A stretch of DNA of 64,000 nucleotides from Candidatus Yonathbacteria bacterium. GTDB taxonomy: Bacteria > Patescibacteriota > Minisyncoccia > Phycocordibacterales > JACNGX01. A program made the position numbers and the translations under genes. The stretch spans positions 34,025 through 98,024 of the forward strand of contig JAAXWR010000002.1 of NCBI GenBank assembly GCA_013334825.1, in the 5' to 3' direction. The number at the start of each line of letters is the position of its first letter. Position 1 is the first letter of the stretch. The notes below the pieces were generated by a model. That model did no database searches. It was not told the origin of the DNA and saw only the letters and a program-made list of their open reading frames with translations. This document shows, piece by piece, positions 1-10,051 of this stretch.

Positions 1-2
1 CG

Positions 3-581
3 GTGTGGGGTGGTCCAGCATATCCCGCGGCACTTTGTGCATCGGTAAACAAAGAAGTTGTGCATGGTGTTCCTCGCGCGGACAGGATACTTGAAGAAGG
101 TGATATCATTGGGCTTGATCTTGGACTCACGCATGACGGACTTGTTTCCGATAGTGCTATCACTGTTGCTGTGGGAGAGATTTCTGCGGAGACACAGCGA
201 CTCATGGACGTTACAAAAGAGGCAACATATGCTGGTATCAAGGCAGCTGTCGCCGGCGCGCGTGTAGGTGATATCGGTCATGCGATAGAGGATGTTGTAA
301 AGGAAGCGGGTTTTTATGTTATGGAAGATCTTGGTGGACATGGTGTGGGGCATCATGTGCATGAGGCGCCTGTTATCCCCAATTTCGGTACTCCGGGGAA
401 AGGTCCACTTCTCCATGAGGGGCAAGTGCTCGCTATTGAAGTCATGACTGGAGCGGGGACAGGAAATGGAAGGACATTGAAAGACAAATTTACCTATGTG
501 ACGAAAGACGGGTCAATGTCTGCTCACTTTGAACATACGATTGTGGTAACGGATACGGGAGGGGAGGTGCTGACTAAATAG
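3..581 (+). CDS. map: Methionine aminopeptidase type I (5'-truncated by window edge)
   Basis: Motifs SVNKEVVHG, DLG..DG..SDSA, GHGVG..VHE.P, SAHFEHT. Confidence 0.95.
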   Translation: MWGGPAYPAALCASVNKEVVHGVPRADRILEEGDIIGLDLGLTHDGLVSDSAITVAVGEISAETQRLMDVTKEATYAGIKAAVAGARVGDIGHAIEDVVKEAGFYVMEDLGGHGVGHHVHEAPVIPNFGTPGKGPLLHEGQVLAIEVMTGAGTGNGRTLKDKFTYVTKDGSMSAHFEHTIVVTDTGGEVLTK

Positions 582-635
582 AAAACGTGAAGTAAGCACA
601 CAGATGCGTTTTGAGGTAGGAATATGAATGTAGGG

Positions 636-900
636 ACACTCGAATCAAGAATTAAGGGTTACGAAGTACGAACTTATACGAACATACGAAACTGGACGGG
701 ATGAAGGGTTACGAAGTATGAACTTGTACGCTTGTCCTGCACTCTACGTGGACTGCTGTGCATCCTACGTGGTGCACAGTGCACAGTTCAGGGAACATAC
801 GAATACTACTCAACATGATAGATTCTTCTCAATAGTCCGTGTTCGTATGTTCGTACTCGTTCGTACTTCGTAACCGATCTTGCAACTTAACACTCGCAAC
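636..900. repeat. MITE-like intergenic element: TACGAAC-type tandem arms in inverted orientation with nested 28-bp hairpins
   Basis: ggttacgaagtacgaactt(a/g)tacg..aacatacgaa twice, inverted arm at 841-875; close relative at 39630-39800. Confidence 0.85.
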
Positions 901-927
901 TCACCATTCATTTGGTATACTATATTC

Positions 928-3693
928 ATGGAACAAGGCACGATTGAACGGCAACATTTTACTAATCCTGAAGAAGAGATTGCGTTTTTGCGTAGGCAAC
1001 TTGCTGAACGTGAGTCGTCACTAGAACGCCCTGCGTCTCCTGAAGAACGTGAACAATTTGCTGAAGAAACAGTACGCGCGTATGAAGCGCTTCCTGTTGA
1101 GGAAGTCATTCTCCCCGAACAACGCATGACCCCTGAAGAGACAGAGGGAATTGTGCTTGAGTTATCTCCTGAAAACCATGATAAAACAATGGAAGATTTA
1201 CTCGGTTTTATTATCGAAAAAGGACTCAAAAATACCTTGGGTATTGTAGAGCGCATGAACAACCCGCATATCGCTGATGATTTTCATCGCTTTCTCGTAC
1301 AATATATTCGTCATACACCCGAGTTACCTGATGTTCGTCGTGATGTACGTCTCAAAAAAGCACTTCATATGTGTTTGTATGAAGTAACACTTCCTGATAT
1401 CGGTACACGTGAAGAAGGAAATAAAGCATTTAAAGAAATTATTTCATCTATGGAACAGTTTTATGCGGGCATGATGTCAATTTCCGAAGATAAAGAACCA
1501 ATCCCAGGGAAAGATTTTTTCTCCATAGAAATAGCACAATCCGATGCCCGTTCCGATGTCGTGTTTTATGTTTCCGTACCGACAGAAAAAGCGCTCATGT
1601 TTGAAAAGCACATGGAAGCCGTTTTTCCAAAAGCACGTATTGAAGAAAACAAAGACGACTATAATATTTTTAGTGAAACAGGTGCAGCGGCGGGTGCATG
1701 GGCGCGTCCATCGCGAAGTTCTGTCTTTCCTATTCGTACGTATGACGCATTTGACCATGACCCGCTTGATATCATATTAAATAGTTTTTCTAAGCTCAAA
1801 AAAGATGGTGAAGGTGCCGCAATACAGCTTGTTGTCTCGCCCGCGGGGAATACCTTTGTGAAGCGATACGGGAAGGCACTTGATGATATTCGTAAAGGTG
1901 TGTCAGTAAAACACGCGACTGATGTTCCCCGTGATTTAGGTGGCGATGTTGCCAAAGGTCTCAAGGAAGTGGTGCTCGGTAAAGGACTTCCCAAGAAGCA
2001 TGAAGATGGTATGAAGACGCCTGAAACGGATCAGTCAGCAGTTGAACAGATTTCCAAAAAAGTAGAAAGCACTATTTTTGATACTAATATACGTCTTGTC
2101 GCATCTGCGGAAACAGTGGCGCGCTCAGAGGCAATTCTCGCTGATTTGCAGTCGTCTTTTCATCAGTTTACAAACGCGCAAGGAAACGGTTTTGTGTTTG
2201 TGCGTGAACAAGGACGTGCGCTCAATCGTCTTATCAATGAATACACCTATCGTACATTTGACACGAGTGAGAGCTTTCCGCTCAATCTGCGTGAAATGAC
2301 AAGTATTATACACATGCCTGCGCATCAAGAGAATGCACCGCTGTTGAAACGTGCAAAAGCAGGGAGCGCGCCTGCTCCCATGGAACTTGGAAATGAGGGG
2401 ATTGTGCTCGGAGTCAATCGGTATCGCGGAGATACTAAAGAAATTCGTATGTCACCCGAAGACCGTTTGCGCCATTTCTATGTCATTGGACAGACGGGTA
2501 CTGGTAAAACGACCCTGCTCAAAAACATGATTGTGCAGGATATTAAGAATGGTGATGGTGTGTGTATGATTGATCCGCATGGCTCGGATATTCAAGATAT
2601 TCTTGGACAGATTCCTCCTGAACGCGCCAAAGATGTGATTTATTTTGACCCTGCATATACTGACCGACCGATGGGACTTAATATGCTTGAATATGACACA
2701 CGTTTTCCTGAGCAAAAGACATTTGTCGTGAATGAACTGTTGGCTATTTTCAAAAAATTGTATGGTGCGGTGCCAGAAAGTATGGGTCCTGCATTTGAAC
2801 AGTATTTTCGTAATGCCACGATGCTTGTGATTGAAGATCCTGCAACGGGTAACACACTGCTTGATGTGTCGCGCGTACTTGCTGATGCGAATTTCCGTAA
2901 ACTAAAATTGTCGCGGTGTAACAACCCTATTATTGTGCAATTCTGGAGAGAGATTGCGGAGAAGGCAGGAGGGGAAGCATCTCTTGCGAATATTGTGCCG
3001 TATATCACCAACAAGTTTGACGTCTTTCTCGCGAATGAAATTATGCGTCCGATTGTCGCGCAAGAACATTCTGCGTTTAATTTTCGTGAAGTGATGGATG
3101 GGCGTAAAATTCTTCTCGTCAATCTTTCAAAGGGACGACTTGGAGATGTGAATGCGAACCTCATCGGTCTTATCATTGTGGGCAAAATCTTGATGGCTGC
3201 ACTTTCGCGTGTGGATACTGTAGGACGCGAAACACCCCCGCCGTTTTATTTGTATATTGATGAATTTCAAAATATTACCACCGATTCTATTTCCACGATT
3301 TTGTCTGAGGCACGTAAATACAAATTGTCGCTTACGATTGCACATCAATTTATTGCACAATTAGAAGACAATATTCGTGATGCGGTGTTTGGTAACGTGG
3401 GGTCGCTCGGAGTGTTTCGTGTAGGAACAGAAGATGCGGAGTTTTTGGAAAAACAATTCGAACCTGTCTTTTCGGCGACGGATATTATCAAAATCGACAA
3501 CAGAAATGCATATATGAAAATGCTTGCCGATGGTCGTCCTGTGAAGCCATTTAACATGGAAACACTTGCTCCCGCGGTACCGCGTGTGGATTTGGCAGAC
3601 AAAATTAAAGAGTTGTCATATTTGCGATATGGGCGTGATCGTGCCGAGGTGACAGAAGAGATCATGCGGAAGTATAGAAAAAGCGAAGCATGA
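928..3693 (+). CDS. VirD4/TraG/TrwB-like (HerA/FtsK superfamily) ATPase with long N-terminal region
   Basis: Walker A GQTGTGKT, IDPHG, Walker B LYIDEFQ, EARKY, AHQFIAQL; ATG at 928 follows TGGTATACT. Confidence 0.85.
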   Translation: MEQGTIERQHFTNPEEEIAFLRRQLAERESSLERPASPEEREQFAEETVRAYEALPVEEVILPEQRMTPEETEGIVLELSPENHDKTMEDLLGFIIEKGLKNTLGIVERMNNPHIADDFHRFLVQYIRHTPELPDVRRDVRLKKALHMCLYEVTLPDIGTREEGNKAFKEIISSMEQFYAGMMSISEDKEPIPGKDFFSIEIAQSDARSDVVFYVSVPTEKALMFEKHMEAVFPKARIEENKDDYNIFSETGAAAGAWARPSRSSVFPIRTYDAFDHDPLDIILNSFSKLKKDGEGAAIQLVVSPAGNTFVKRYGKALDDIRKGVSVKHATDVPRDLGGDVAKGLKEVVLGKGLPKKHEDGMKTPETDQSAVEQISKKVESTIFDTNIRLVASAETVARSEAILADLQSSFHQFTNAQGNGFVFVREQGRALNRLINEYTYRTFDTSESFPLNLREMTSIIHMPAHQENAPLLKRAKAGSAPAPMELGNEGIVLGVNRYRGDTKEIRMSPEDRLRHFYVIGQTGTGKTTLLKNMIVQDIKNGDGVCMIDPHGSDIQDILGQIPPERAKDVIYFDPAYTDRPMGLNMLEYDTRFPEQKTFVVNELLAIFKKLYGAVPESMGPAFEQYFRNATMLVIEDPATGNTLLDVSRVLADANFRKLKLSRCNNPIIVQFWREIAEKAGGEASLANIVPYITNKFDVFLANEIMRPIVAQEHSAFNFREVMDGRKILLVNLSKGRLGDVNANLIGLIIVGKILMAALSRVDTVGRETPPPFYLYIDEFQNITTDSISTILSEARKYKLSLTIAHQFIAQLEDNIRDAVFGNVGSLGVFRVGTEDAEFLEKQFEPVFSATDIIKIDNRNAYMKMLADGRPVKPFNMETLAPAVPRVDLADKIKELSYLRYGRDRAEVTEEIMRKYRKSEA

Positions 3694-3933
3694 ATCAAGA
3701 AGCACGAAGCAAGAATAAACGATGAAGGGAGGGAATAGAAGTTGGGAACATGGAGAAAGAATGATTTCTCAGACATCCGCACGACACGGATGCGGTTCTC
3801 AGAACAAGTAGCGTCTATTTTTTAAGAACTACGAACTACGAACTAAGAACTATGTAGGGTGTATGGCAAGCTTCCAACTCATATGCTATGATACCGGCAT
3901 ATTTATCCGTTATTTCACCAGAGTATTTTACAT

Positions 3934-4542
3934 ATGTCCCACCCTAAAGAAGAACGCACACTTGTTATCATAAAACCCGATGGAGTTCAACGATCTTTGA
4001 TCGGCGAGATTATATGTCGATATGAGAGGGCGGGATTAAAGCTGGTTTCCCTTAAGATGGTTATTCCTGATGAGCAAATAGCAACCAATCATTACATGGT
4101 TGGTGGTGAGGAGTGGCTTGAAAATGTAGGAAAGAAGGCGACCGAAGCCTATGCTCGAAAGGGAGAGAAGCCCCCATTTGCAACACATCGTGAGAATGGT
4201 CTTGCTGTCCTCAAGTCTTGCTCAACATATCTCTCAGCTGGCCCCGTCATTCCGATGGTGTGGGAAGGAAATCAGGCAGTTGGTGTTGTGCGTAAGATTA
4301 CTGGTAGCACAGAACCACTTTCTTCTGATGTGGGAACAATTCGCGGTGATTTTACCGTTGATTCATATAAGATTGCAGATATGGCTCAACGCGCTGTGCG
4401 TAATCTCATCCATGCATCTGGTTCTGTAGAAGAAGCGGAAAAAGAAATTGCTATCTGGTTTAAGGAAAACGAAATAGTTTCGTATCGTCATTTGCAAGAA
4501 GCAATTCTTTATGATGTAAATCTTGATGGTATTATTGAGTAA
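3934..4542 (+). CDS. ndk: Nucleoside diphosphate kinase
   Basis: ERTLVIIKPDGVQR, GTIRGDF, RNLIHASGS. Confidence 0.95.
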   Translation: MSHPKEERTLVIIKPDGVQRSLIGEIICRYERAGLKLVSLKMVIPDEQIATNHYMVGGEEWLENVGKKATEAYARKGEKPPFATHRENGLAVLKSCSTYLSAGPVIPMVWEGNQAVGVVRKITGSTEPLSSDVGTIRGDFTVDSYKIADMAQRAVRNLIHASGSVEEAEKEIAIWFKENEIVSYRHLQEAILYDVNLDGIIE

Positions 4543-4569
4543 AAGAATAGAAAACAATTATAAACAACA

Positions 4570-4800
4570 ACGGGACGGGGCGAAAGCCCCGTCCCGTATT
4601 CGTATGTTCCCTGTAGCACGTGGGGTGCAGGGCAAGCGTACAAGTTCGTACTTCGTAGCCCGTCTCTAGTACAGCGTAGGGTGCAGGGCAGGGCGTAATT
4701 TTTAATTCAGCATTCATAATTTATACACAGTTTCCTTTTTCTCATGTTGTATCGTGTGTTCGTTCTACGAACTAAGAACTACGAACTACGAACTTGTGTT
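4570..4800. repeat. GC hairpin (4571-4596) followed by repeat patch with two 28-bp hairpin elements and CTACGAA tandem
   Basis: cgggacggggc-gaaa-gccccgtcccg; elements at 4609-4636 and 4664-4692 (- strand); ctacgaactaagaactacgaactacgaact. Confidence 0.75.
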
Positions 4801-5086
4801 CGTCCATGTTCCACTACACCAACTTTTCTCATGCTTGTCATGCTTGCGTATCTTTTTTCGAGAATTATACTGATAGGGGGTTGCTACGGGTATTTTCTAG
4901 GACAAATCGTTTTTTCAGGGAGTCCGATGTTACTGCGCGCTTTGGTGCGTATGTTCAGGACACCCACCTGGCAATACGCTAGGGAATGCCCGGTTTATGC
5001 AACCCCTCAAAAGTCGTCCATCGTTCTTTCCAAGAATGCTGGACGTTTTTTGTTTGTTCTTTTCTTTCCTGTGATATACTTGTTGT

Positions 5087-5533
5087 ATGAAACGCCCTCT
5101 CCTCGGCATTGTGATGCTTGCTCTCGTGTGGTTGATATTCATTTTGAATACTCTCGCATTTGAACATTATTGGTATTGGATATATGAATGGTTTGATATA
5201 CCAATGCATTTTTTGGGAGGATTTTGGGTTGGAGGAACTATTATATGGATACTCGGTACATTTCTTAAACGTCGTTTTGCGTCCACACGTGGCGGATATC
5301 TGTTATCTGTTGTGGGTCTTGCGATGGTCATCGGGCTTCTTTGGGAACTGTTTGAATTTAGTATTGATACGTTTATCACATTTCACATGAATGATATCAT
5401 TGATACGCTTTCTGACCTCTCGATGGATTTTTTGGGAGCAACGGTTGCGCACGTGCTTTTTTCTCGTCAAAAGGATACGCCTGCACTCACTCCCCATGAA
5501 GAATCATCTTCTGTTGATACGCTGTTGGGATAA
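5087..5533 (+). CDS. Small membrane protein (VanZ/DUF2238-like)
   Basis: About 4 hydrophobic segments, WFD..MHFLGG, LWELFEF, DTLSDL. Confidence 0.7.
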   Translation: MKRPLLGIVMLALVWLIFILNTLAFEHYWYWIYEWFDIPMHFLGGFWVGGTIIWILGTFLKRRFASTRGGYLLSVVGLAMVIGLLWELFEFSIDTFITFHMNDIIDTLSDLSMDFLGATVAHVLFSRQKDTPALTPHEESSSVDTLLG

Positions 5534-5556
5534 TATATTGGTATCATTATTTTTTT

Positions 5557-6930
5557 ATGTCTTCTACACTTACTCTTACGTTTGCCGGTGGCGCTGGTTC
5601 AGTTACTGGCGCAAATTTTCATCTCACTGATTCTGTGTCGGGTATGCAATGTCTTGTTGATTGTGGACTTTTTCAAGGTGCATCGACGTCACTTCCGAAA
5701 AATGTTGAACCGTTTTCATACGTTCCTGCTGATATCGCATTTCTTTTTGTTACACATAGTCATATGGATCATATTGGACGCATCCCGCGTCTCGTAAGAG
5801 AAGGATTTCATGGTGTTATCCGTTCCACTCCCGCGACGAAGGATCTTGCGTATGAGATGCTGAAAGATAGTTTGTCTGTGCTTCGCTCTGAACAACGGAA
5901 GACTGGCATCGAACCTCCCTATGATGATGAGGACATTGAAGGGGCAATGCGTTTATGGGAAGGTGTTGAATATCATCAAGACATACCTATTTCAGGTGGT
6001 CTTGTTGCTCGATTATATGATTCGGGACATATTCTCGGATCTGCTATGGTATCGTTCACGCGTGAAGGAAGAACACTGGTTATTACTGGTGATTTAGGCA
6101 ACTCTCCTGCACCTATAGTCCGTGATACGGAAGTATTGCCAGAGGCGCACTATCTGGTGATGGAAAGTGTGTATGGCGACCGTAACCATGAAGACCGCGA
6201 TGGTCGTACAGAACTGCTTCGTTCTCTCATCCTTGAAACAGTAGAAAAAAAGGGAACGCTTGTTATCCCCGCATTTTCTTTGGAGCGTACGCAAGATGTG
6301 CTTTTTGAAATCAATAATTTTGTCGAGTCGCATGCGATTCCCAATGTCCCCGTATTTATGGACTCACCGCTTGCAATACGGGTCACGTCTATTTATCGCA
6401 AATATGAACGCTATTATAATGCCGATGTAAAAAGTGTCATAAAGAGTGGTGATGATATTTTCAAATTCCCTCATTTGTCATTTACTGAAACCCGTGAAGA
6501 GTCGGAGCGTATTAATAGTATTCCGGGGCCGAAAGTAGTTATTGCGGGTTCTGGAATGTCCAATGGGGGACGTGTGCGTCATCATGAACGTCTGTATCTT
6601 CCTGATGCAAAGAACACGATTCTTCTTGTGGGGTACCAAGTACCAGGGTCGTTAGGACGACAGCTTCTTGAAGGTGCAAAAAAGGTGCGGATATTTGATA
6701 CTGAAGTACCTGTTCGTGCGCGTATTGCTTCAGTAAATGGATATTCAGCGCACAAAGATATGGATGGACTTATCGCCTTTGCTGCACAAGGAGCAAAAAC
6801 ACTAGAAAAAGTATTTGTGACACTTGGTGAACCGCGCTCTTCGATGTTTCTCGCGCAACGACTTCGTGATTATGCTGATCTCAATACGCATGTTCCTGAG
6901 GATGGTGAAACAGTAACACTCGCACTATAG
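5557..6930 (+). CDS. MBL-fold metallo-hydrolase, beta-CASP RNA-processing family
   Basis: VDCGLFQG, THSHMDHIG, GHILGSA, GDLG, ESVYG, GSGM..GG, SAHKD. Confidence 0.92.
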   Translation: MSSTLTLTFAGGAGSVTGANFHLTDSVSGMQCLVDCGLFQGASTSLPKNVEPFSYVPADIAFLFVTHSHMDHIGRIPRLVREGFHGVIRSTPATKDLAYEMLKDSLSVLRSEQRKTGIEPPYDDEDIEGAMRLWEGVEYHQDIPISGGLVARLYDSGHILGSAMVSFTREGRTLVITGDLGNSPAPIVRDTEVLPEAHYLVMESVYGDRNHEDRDGRTELLRSLILETVEKKGTLVIPAFSLERTQDVLFEINNFVESHAIPNVPVFMDSPLAIRVTSIYRKYERYYNADVKSVIKSGDDIFKFPHLSFTETREESERINSIPGPKVVIAGSGMSNGGRVRHHERLYLPDAKNTILLVGYQVPGSLGRQLLEGAKKVRIFDTEVPVRARIASVNGYSAHKDMDGLIAFAAQGAKTLEKVFVTLGEPRSSMFLAQRLRDYADLNTHVPEDGETVTLAL

Positions 6931-6949
6931 GTGTGGTATCATATAGAGT

Positions 6950-7525
6950 ATGAATGATACGCGTATCACGTCTCATACACAAAAACGTCCCACGATTTTT
7001 GTATCGGGACCATCTTCTTCGTGTGATGCTGACACGGCAGGGAAGGGACGTGCGCTTGGACATGCGATTGCACGTGGGCAAGCAATACTTTTGACAGGAA
7101 CGGGGAATGGTTTTGCGAGGTATGTTGCAGAAGGTGCAATGTCCGAAGGAGGAACGGTCATAGGACTATCACCCGCATCAAACGTTGAAGAACATACATC
7201 ATTGTATGGTCTTTCCACGTTGTATCACGATACTATTATATACACAGGATTTGGCTATGCGGGACGAGATATGCTTTTGTCGCGTTCAGCAGATGCCATG
7301 ATTGTGGGATCAGGTGATGTGGCACATGCATATGATATTATGCTTCTCCTCCATGAAAAGAAACCCTGTGGTGTACTTGAGGGACCATGGCTTCTTGATG
7401 ATACACTCAAAGAATTATTTACGCGTTCTGGGCGTACACGTGAGGGAATGGTGTTTTCGCCAGATTCAGAAACGCTTGTCACGCGAATACTCGAAGAGAT
7501 ACGCATGACGCGTATGCGCGCGTGA
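6950..7525 (+). CDS. SLOG/LOG-family protein (TIGR00725-like), divergent
   Basis: LG..IA..., LTGTG.G, A.GA..EGG.VIGLSP, IYTGFG..GRD. Confidence 0.7.
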   Translation: MNDTRITSHTQKRPTIFVSGPSSSCDADTAGKGRALGHAIARGQAILLTGTGNGFARYVAEGAMSEGGTVIGLSPASNVEEHTSLYGLSTLYHDTIIYTGFGYAGRDMLLSRSADAMIVGSGDVAHAYDIMLLLHEKKPCGVLEGPWLLDDTLKELFTRSGRTREGMVFSPDSETLVTRILEEIRMTRMRA

Positions 7526-7534
7526 GAAGTACCT

Positions 7535-8119
7535 ATGAACGATCTCGACCGTATTGCTGACGATATTCGTCTCTGTCACAAATGCCCATTGGCACAGACA
7601 CGCATATGTGCTGTCCCAGGAACAGGAAGTGGAAAAAGCGATATCGTCTTTATTGGTGAAGCTCCTGGTGCGCGTGAAGACCGTGAAGGATTGCCATTTA
7701 TTGGTGCTGCGGGGAAATTTCTTGATGAAATGCTTGCGGATATTGCGCTCTCTCGTGCCGATGTGTTTGTTACGAACGTCGTGAAATGTCGTCCACCGGA
7801 CAACCGTGACCCGCTTCCTGAAGAAGTGCGTATCTGCACAGAAGCATATCTCTGGAAACAGTTGGAAGTGCTCAAGCCAAAACTTCTCGTGCCACTTGGT
7901 CGGCATGCCATGCACCGTTTTCTCCCAGTAACAGAAAAAATAAGCGAGATACACGGCACGCCTGTTGGTATTACAAACCCTCTGTCAGGAGAGAAATATG
8001 TTGTTCTTCCGCTCTATCACCCCGCGGCAGCGCTCTATAACGGGAGTATGCGGGAAGTACTCAAGCGTGATTTTCGCGAAATACCGAAGATGATTGAAAA
8101 GATGAAATATGAAAAATGA
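7535..8119 (+). CDS. udg: Uracil-DNA glycosylase family 4
   Basis: CHKCPL, IGEAPG.RED..G.PFIG, NVVKCRPP.NR.P, YHPAA. Confidence 0.93.
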   Translation: MNDLDRIADDIRLCHKCPLAQTRICAVPGTGSGKSDIVFIGEAPGAREDREGLPFIGAAGKFLDEMLADIALSRADVFVTNVVKCRPPDNRDPLPEEVRICTEAYLWKQLEVLKPKLLVPLGRHAMHRFLPVTEKISEIHGTPVGITNPLSGEKYVVLPLYHPAAALYNGSMREVLKRDFREIPKMIEKMKYEK

Positions 8120-8309
8120 AATATGTATAAAAAAGCGCACGAACTGCCGCCCGCACTTTTCCTGAGTAAAAAGGGTAATAATTTCCTAGTCATCCGTAGG
8201 ATCAATCAGAATATATTATAATTATAAAAAATCACATGTATTATTTGTGTATTATTAGATTTTTACTTTTTTGGTTTGAATATGAACTAATTGAGTGGCG
8301 CCATCTGAC

Positions 8310-8356
8310 GCCTTTTTGTAAAAAGAAAAACACGCCATCTGGCGTGTTTTTCTTTT
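8310..8356. terminator. Bidirectional intrinsic terminator between udg and rplT
   Basis: aaaagaaaaacacgcca-tc-tggcgtgtttttctttt. Confidence 0.75.
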
Positions 8357-8384
8357 GTCTGAAATTTAAAATAGTGCGTGGCTT

Positions 8385-8732
8385 TTATTTCTTTACAGCC
8401 GTTACAATACGAGCAAATGTTTCTGGGTTTTCATGCGCCATTTCTGAAAGCATTTTGCGATTGAGTGTGCTTCCGTATGCTTTGAGTGCACCCATAAACG
8501 CACTGTAGGACATGCCATGTTCACGAACCGCGGCATTGAGACGTACTTGCCAGAGACGGCGGAAGTCATTTTTCTTGTCGCGACGGTGGGCAAATGCATA
8601 ATTGCCTGCGTGAGCAATCGCTTCACGTGCTTGACGCTCTTTCGTGGAGCGACCAAAGCGATAACCCTTCGTCATTTTCAAGACGTTACGGCGACGCTTC
8701 ATTGAAATGGTACCTCGTTTAACTCGGGACAT
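8385..8732 (-). CDS. rplT: 50S ribosomal protein L20
   Basis: MSRVKRG, KGYR, FRRLWQVRLNAA, LNRKMLSE. Confidence 0.97.
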   Translation of the reverse strand: MSRVKRGTISMKRRRNVLKMTKGYRFGRSTKERQAREAIAHAGNYAFAHRRDKKNDFRRLWQVRLNAAVREHGMSYSAFMGALKAYGSTLNRKMLSEMAHENPETFARIVTAVKK

Positions 8733-8793
8733 GATAGTAAATTAAATAGTAAACAATAATATAAATAAACGATTTTGTGTTACCTCGTACAGG

Positions 8794-8982
8794 TTAGTCG
8801 AGATTTGACAAGTAACGGCGTTTGGCACGGGTTGTTAAAGCAAGTGTGCGACCTCCTTTCTTTTCGAGTTGAGAGGAGCGTGACGCTTTGGCATTAAAGT
8901 GATTGATGCCCGAACCACGGACGATCACTTTGCCTGTTTTGGTCGTTTTGACCCGTTTTTTGAATGATTTGTTGGTTTTCAT
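8794..8982 (-). CDS. rpmI: 50S ribosomal protein L35
   Basis: MKTNKSFKKRVK.TKTGK; lies between infC and rplT. Confidence 0.92.
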   Translation of the reverse strand: MKTNKSFKKRVKTTKTGKVIVRGSGINHFNAKASRSSQLEKKGGRTLALTTRAKRRYLSNLD

Positions 8983-9013
8983 GATGATATGTAACAATTG
9001 TCCGACTACTGTA

Positions 9014-9559
9014 TCATACTTGTTTACCTTTTTCCAGTACCAGAGAAAGTCCTTTTGGGCTTTTCTTTGCAGGGTCGGCAATGCGGTAGGGTACAGAAAT
9101 AAGTACAAGAATACGGTCGAGGCGTTCTTTGAGGAATTCTTCTTTCATATATTTTGCGCGTCCAGCGAGGAAGAGATCCAATTTAACACGATGTCCTTCG
9201 GATAACCATGCAGAAATACGTTTTGCTTTGAGCGCGAGGTCATGGTCGCCTGTACCGATTTTGACTTGAACCACTTTTGTTTCGGTTGTATGTGCTTTGC
9301 TTTTGACGTCGCGCTGTTTTTTGCTCTGTTCGTATTGGTATTTTCCGTAGTCAGTGATGCGTGCAACAGGGGGAACAGCATTCGGCGATACTTCAATAAG
9401 GTCAAATCCGAGTTCATGGGCTTTGCGTACAGCCTCTAGTGTATCCATGACACCGAAGTTTTCTCCTTCGGGACCAATAACGCGTACCTCAGGAACACGA
9501 ATTTCTTTATTGAGGCGGGTACGTCCCGCGGGAATTTTTTGTGGAGGGTAATCACTCAT
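9014..9559 (-). CDS. infC: Translation initiation factor IF-3
   Basis: N.EIR..EVRVI, DLIEVSPNA.PPVARI.DYGKY.YE. Confidence 0.96.
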   Translation of the reverse strand: MSDYPPQKIPAGRTRLNKEIRVPEVRVIGPEGENFGVMDTLEAVRKAHELGFDLIEVSPNAVPPVARITDYGKYQYEQSKKQRDVKSKAHTTETKVVQVKIGTGDHDLALKAKRISAWLSEGHRVKLDLFLAGRAKYMKEEFLKERLDRILVLISVPYRIADPAKKSPKGLSLVLEKGKQV

Positions 9560-9596
9560 CTATTGAAAAAAGCCCGCTTTTCGCAAGCTCTCGTCA

Positions 9597-9625
9597 ATCA
9601 TATAAGAAAGAGAGTAAAGAGTCAA
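9597..9625 (-). promoter_or_regulatory. Sigma70 promoter of infC-rpmI-rplT
   Basis: TTGACT-17 nt-TATGAT on the minus strand. Confidence 0.7.
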
Positions 9626-9710
9626 TAGCCCCTGCGCCAAGGAGGATGCAGGGCGGGCTTGTTTGGAGTAAGGAAACAAAACAATATGCCGCGCTTCGCG
9701 CGGCATCCGT

Positions 9711-9905
9711 CTATTGTAAATTATATTCCTCATCTCCTTTTAGTGCTTTTTCTCGTAAAGCTCTTTCAGCGTCCTCAGCCGCTTTTCGTTTTCTATACAA
9801 CTCTTCATCTTCTGCTGAGCCGACGAATGCGATATGTGCGTCAATTTCTTCTGCATCGTTCAGCGCATCATGTATAGCTTCATCGTGAAAAGGTTGTGTT
9901 TCCAT
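9711..9905 (-). CDS. Small acidic hypothetical protein
   Basis: METQPFHDEAIH..., coiled-coil-like; hairpin downstream at about 9688-9704. Confidence 0.55.
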   Translation of the reverse strand: METQPFHDEAIHDALNDAEEIDAHIAFVGSAEDEELYRKRKAAEDAERALREKALKGDEEYNLQ

Positions 9906-10051
9906 GATATGGGGTGTTGATTGATAATACTGTAGATGATACTTCTGTATATAGTATATATCACGAAACATATCTACGCGCAATATGTTGAATGGTGATA
10001 CTATATACATATACTATGACAGTACGAGACACGCAGATATATAAGCGGAGT

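Noticed and set aside
9560-9596. L20-leader attenuator upstream of infC
   Set aside because: Only a weak GU-rich hairpin with a U-tract; no recognisable L20-binding structure
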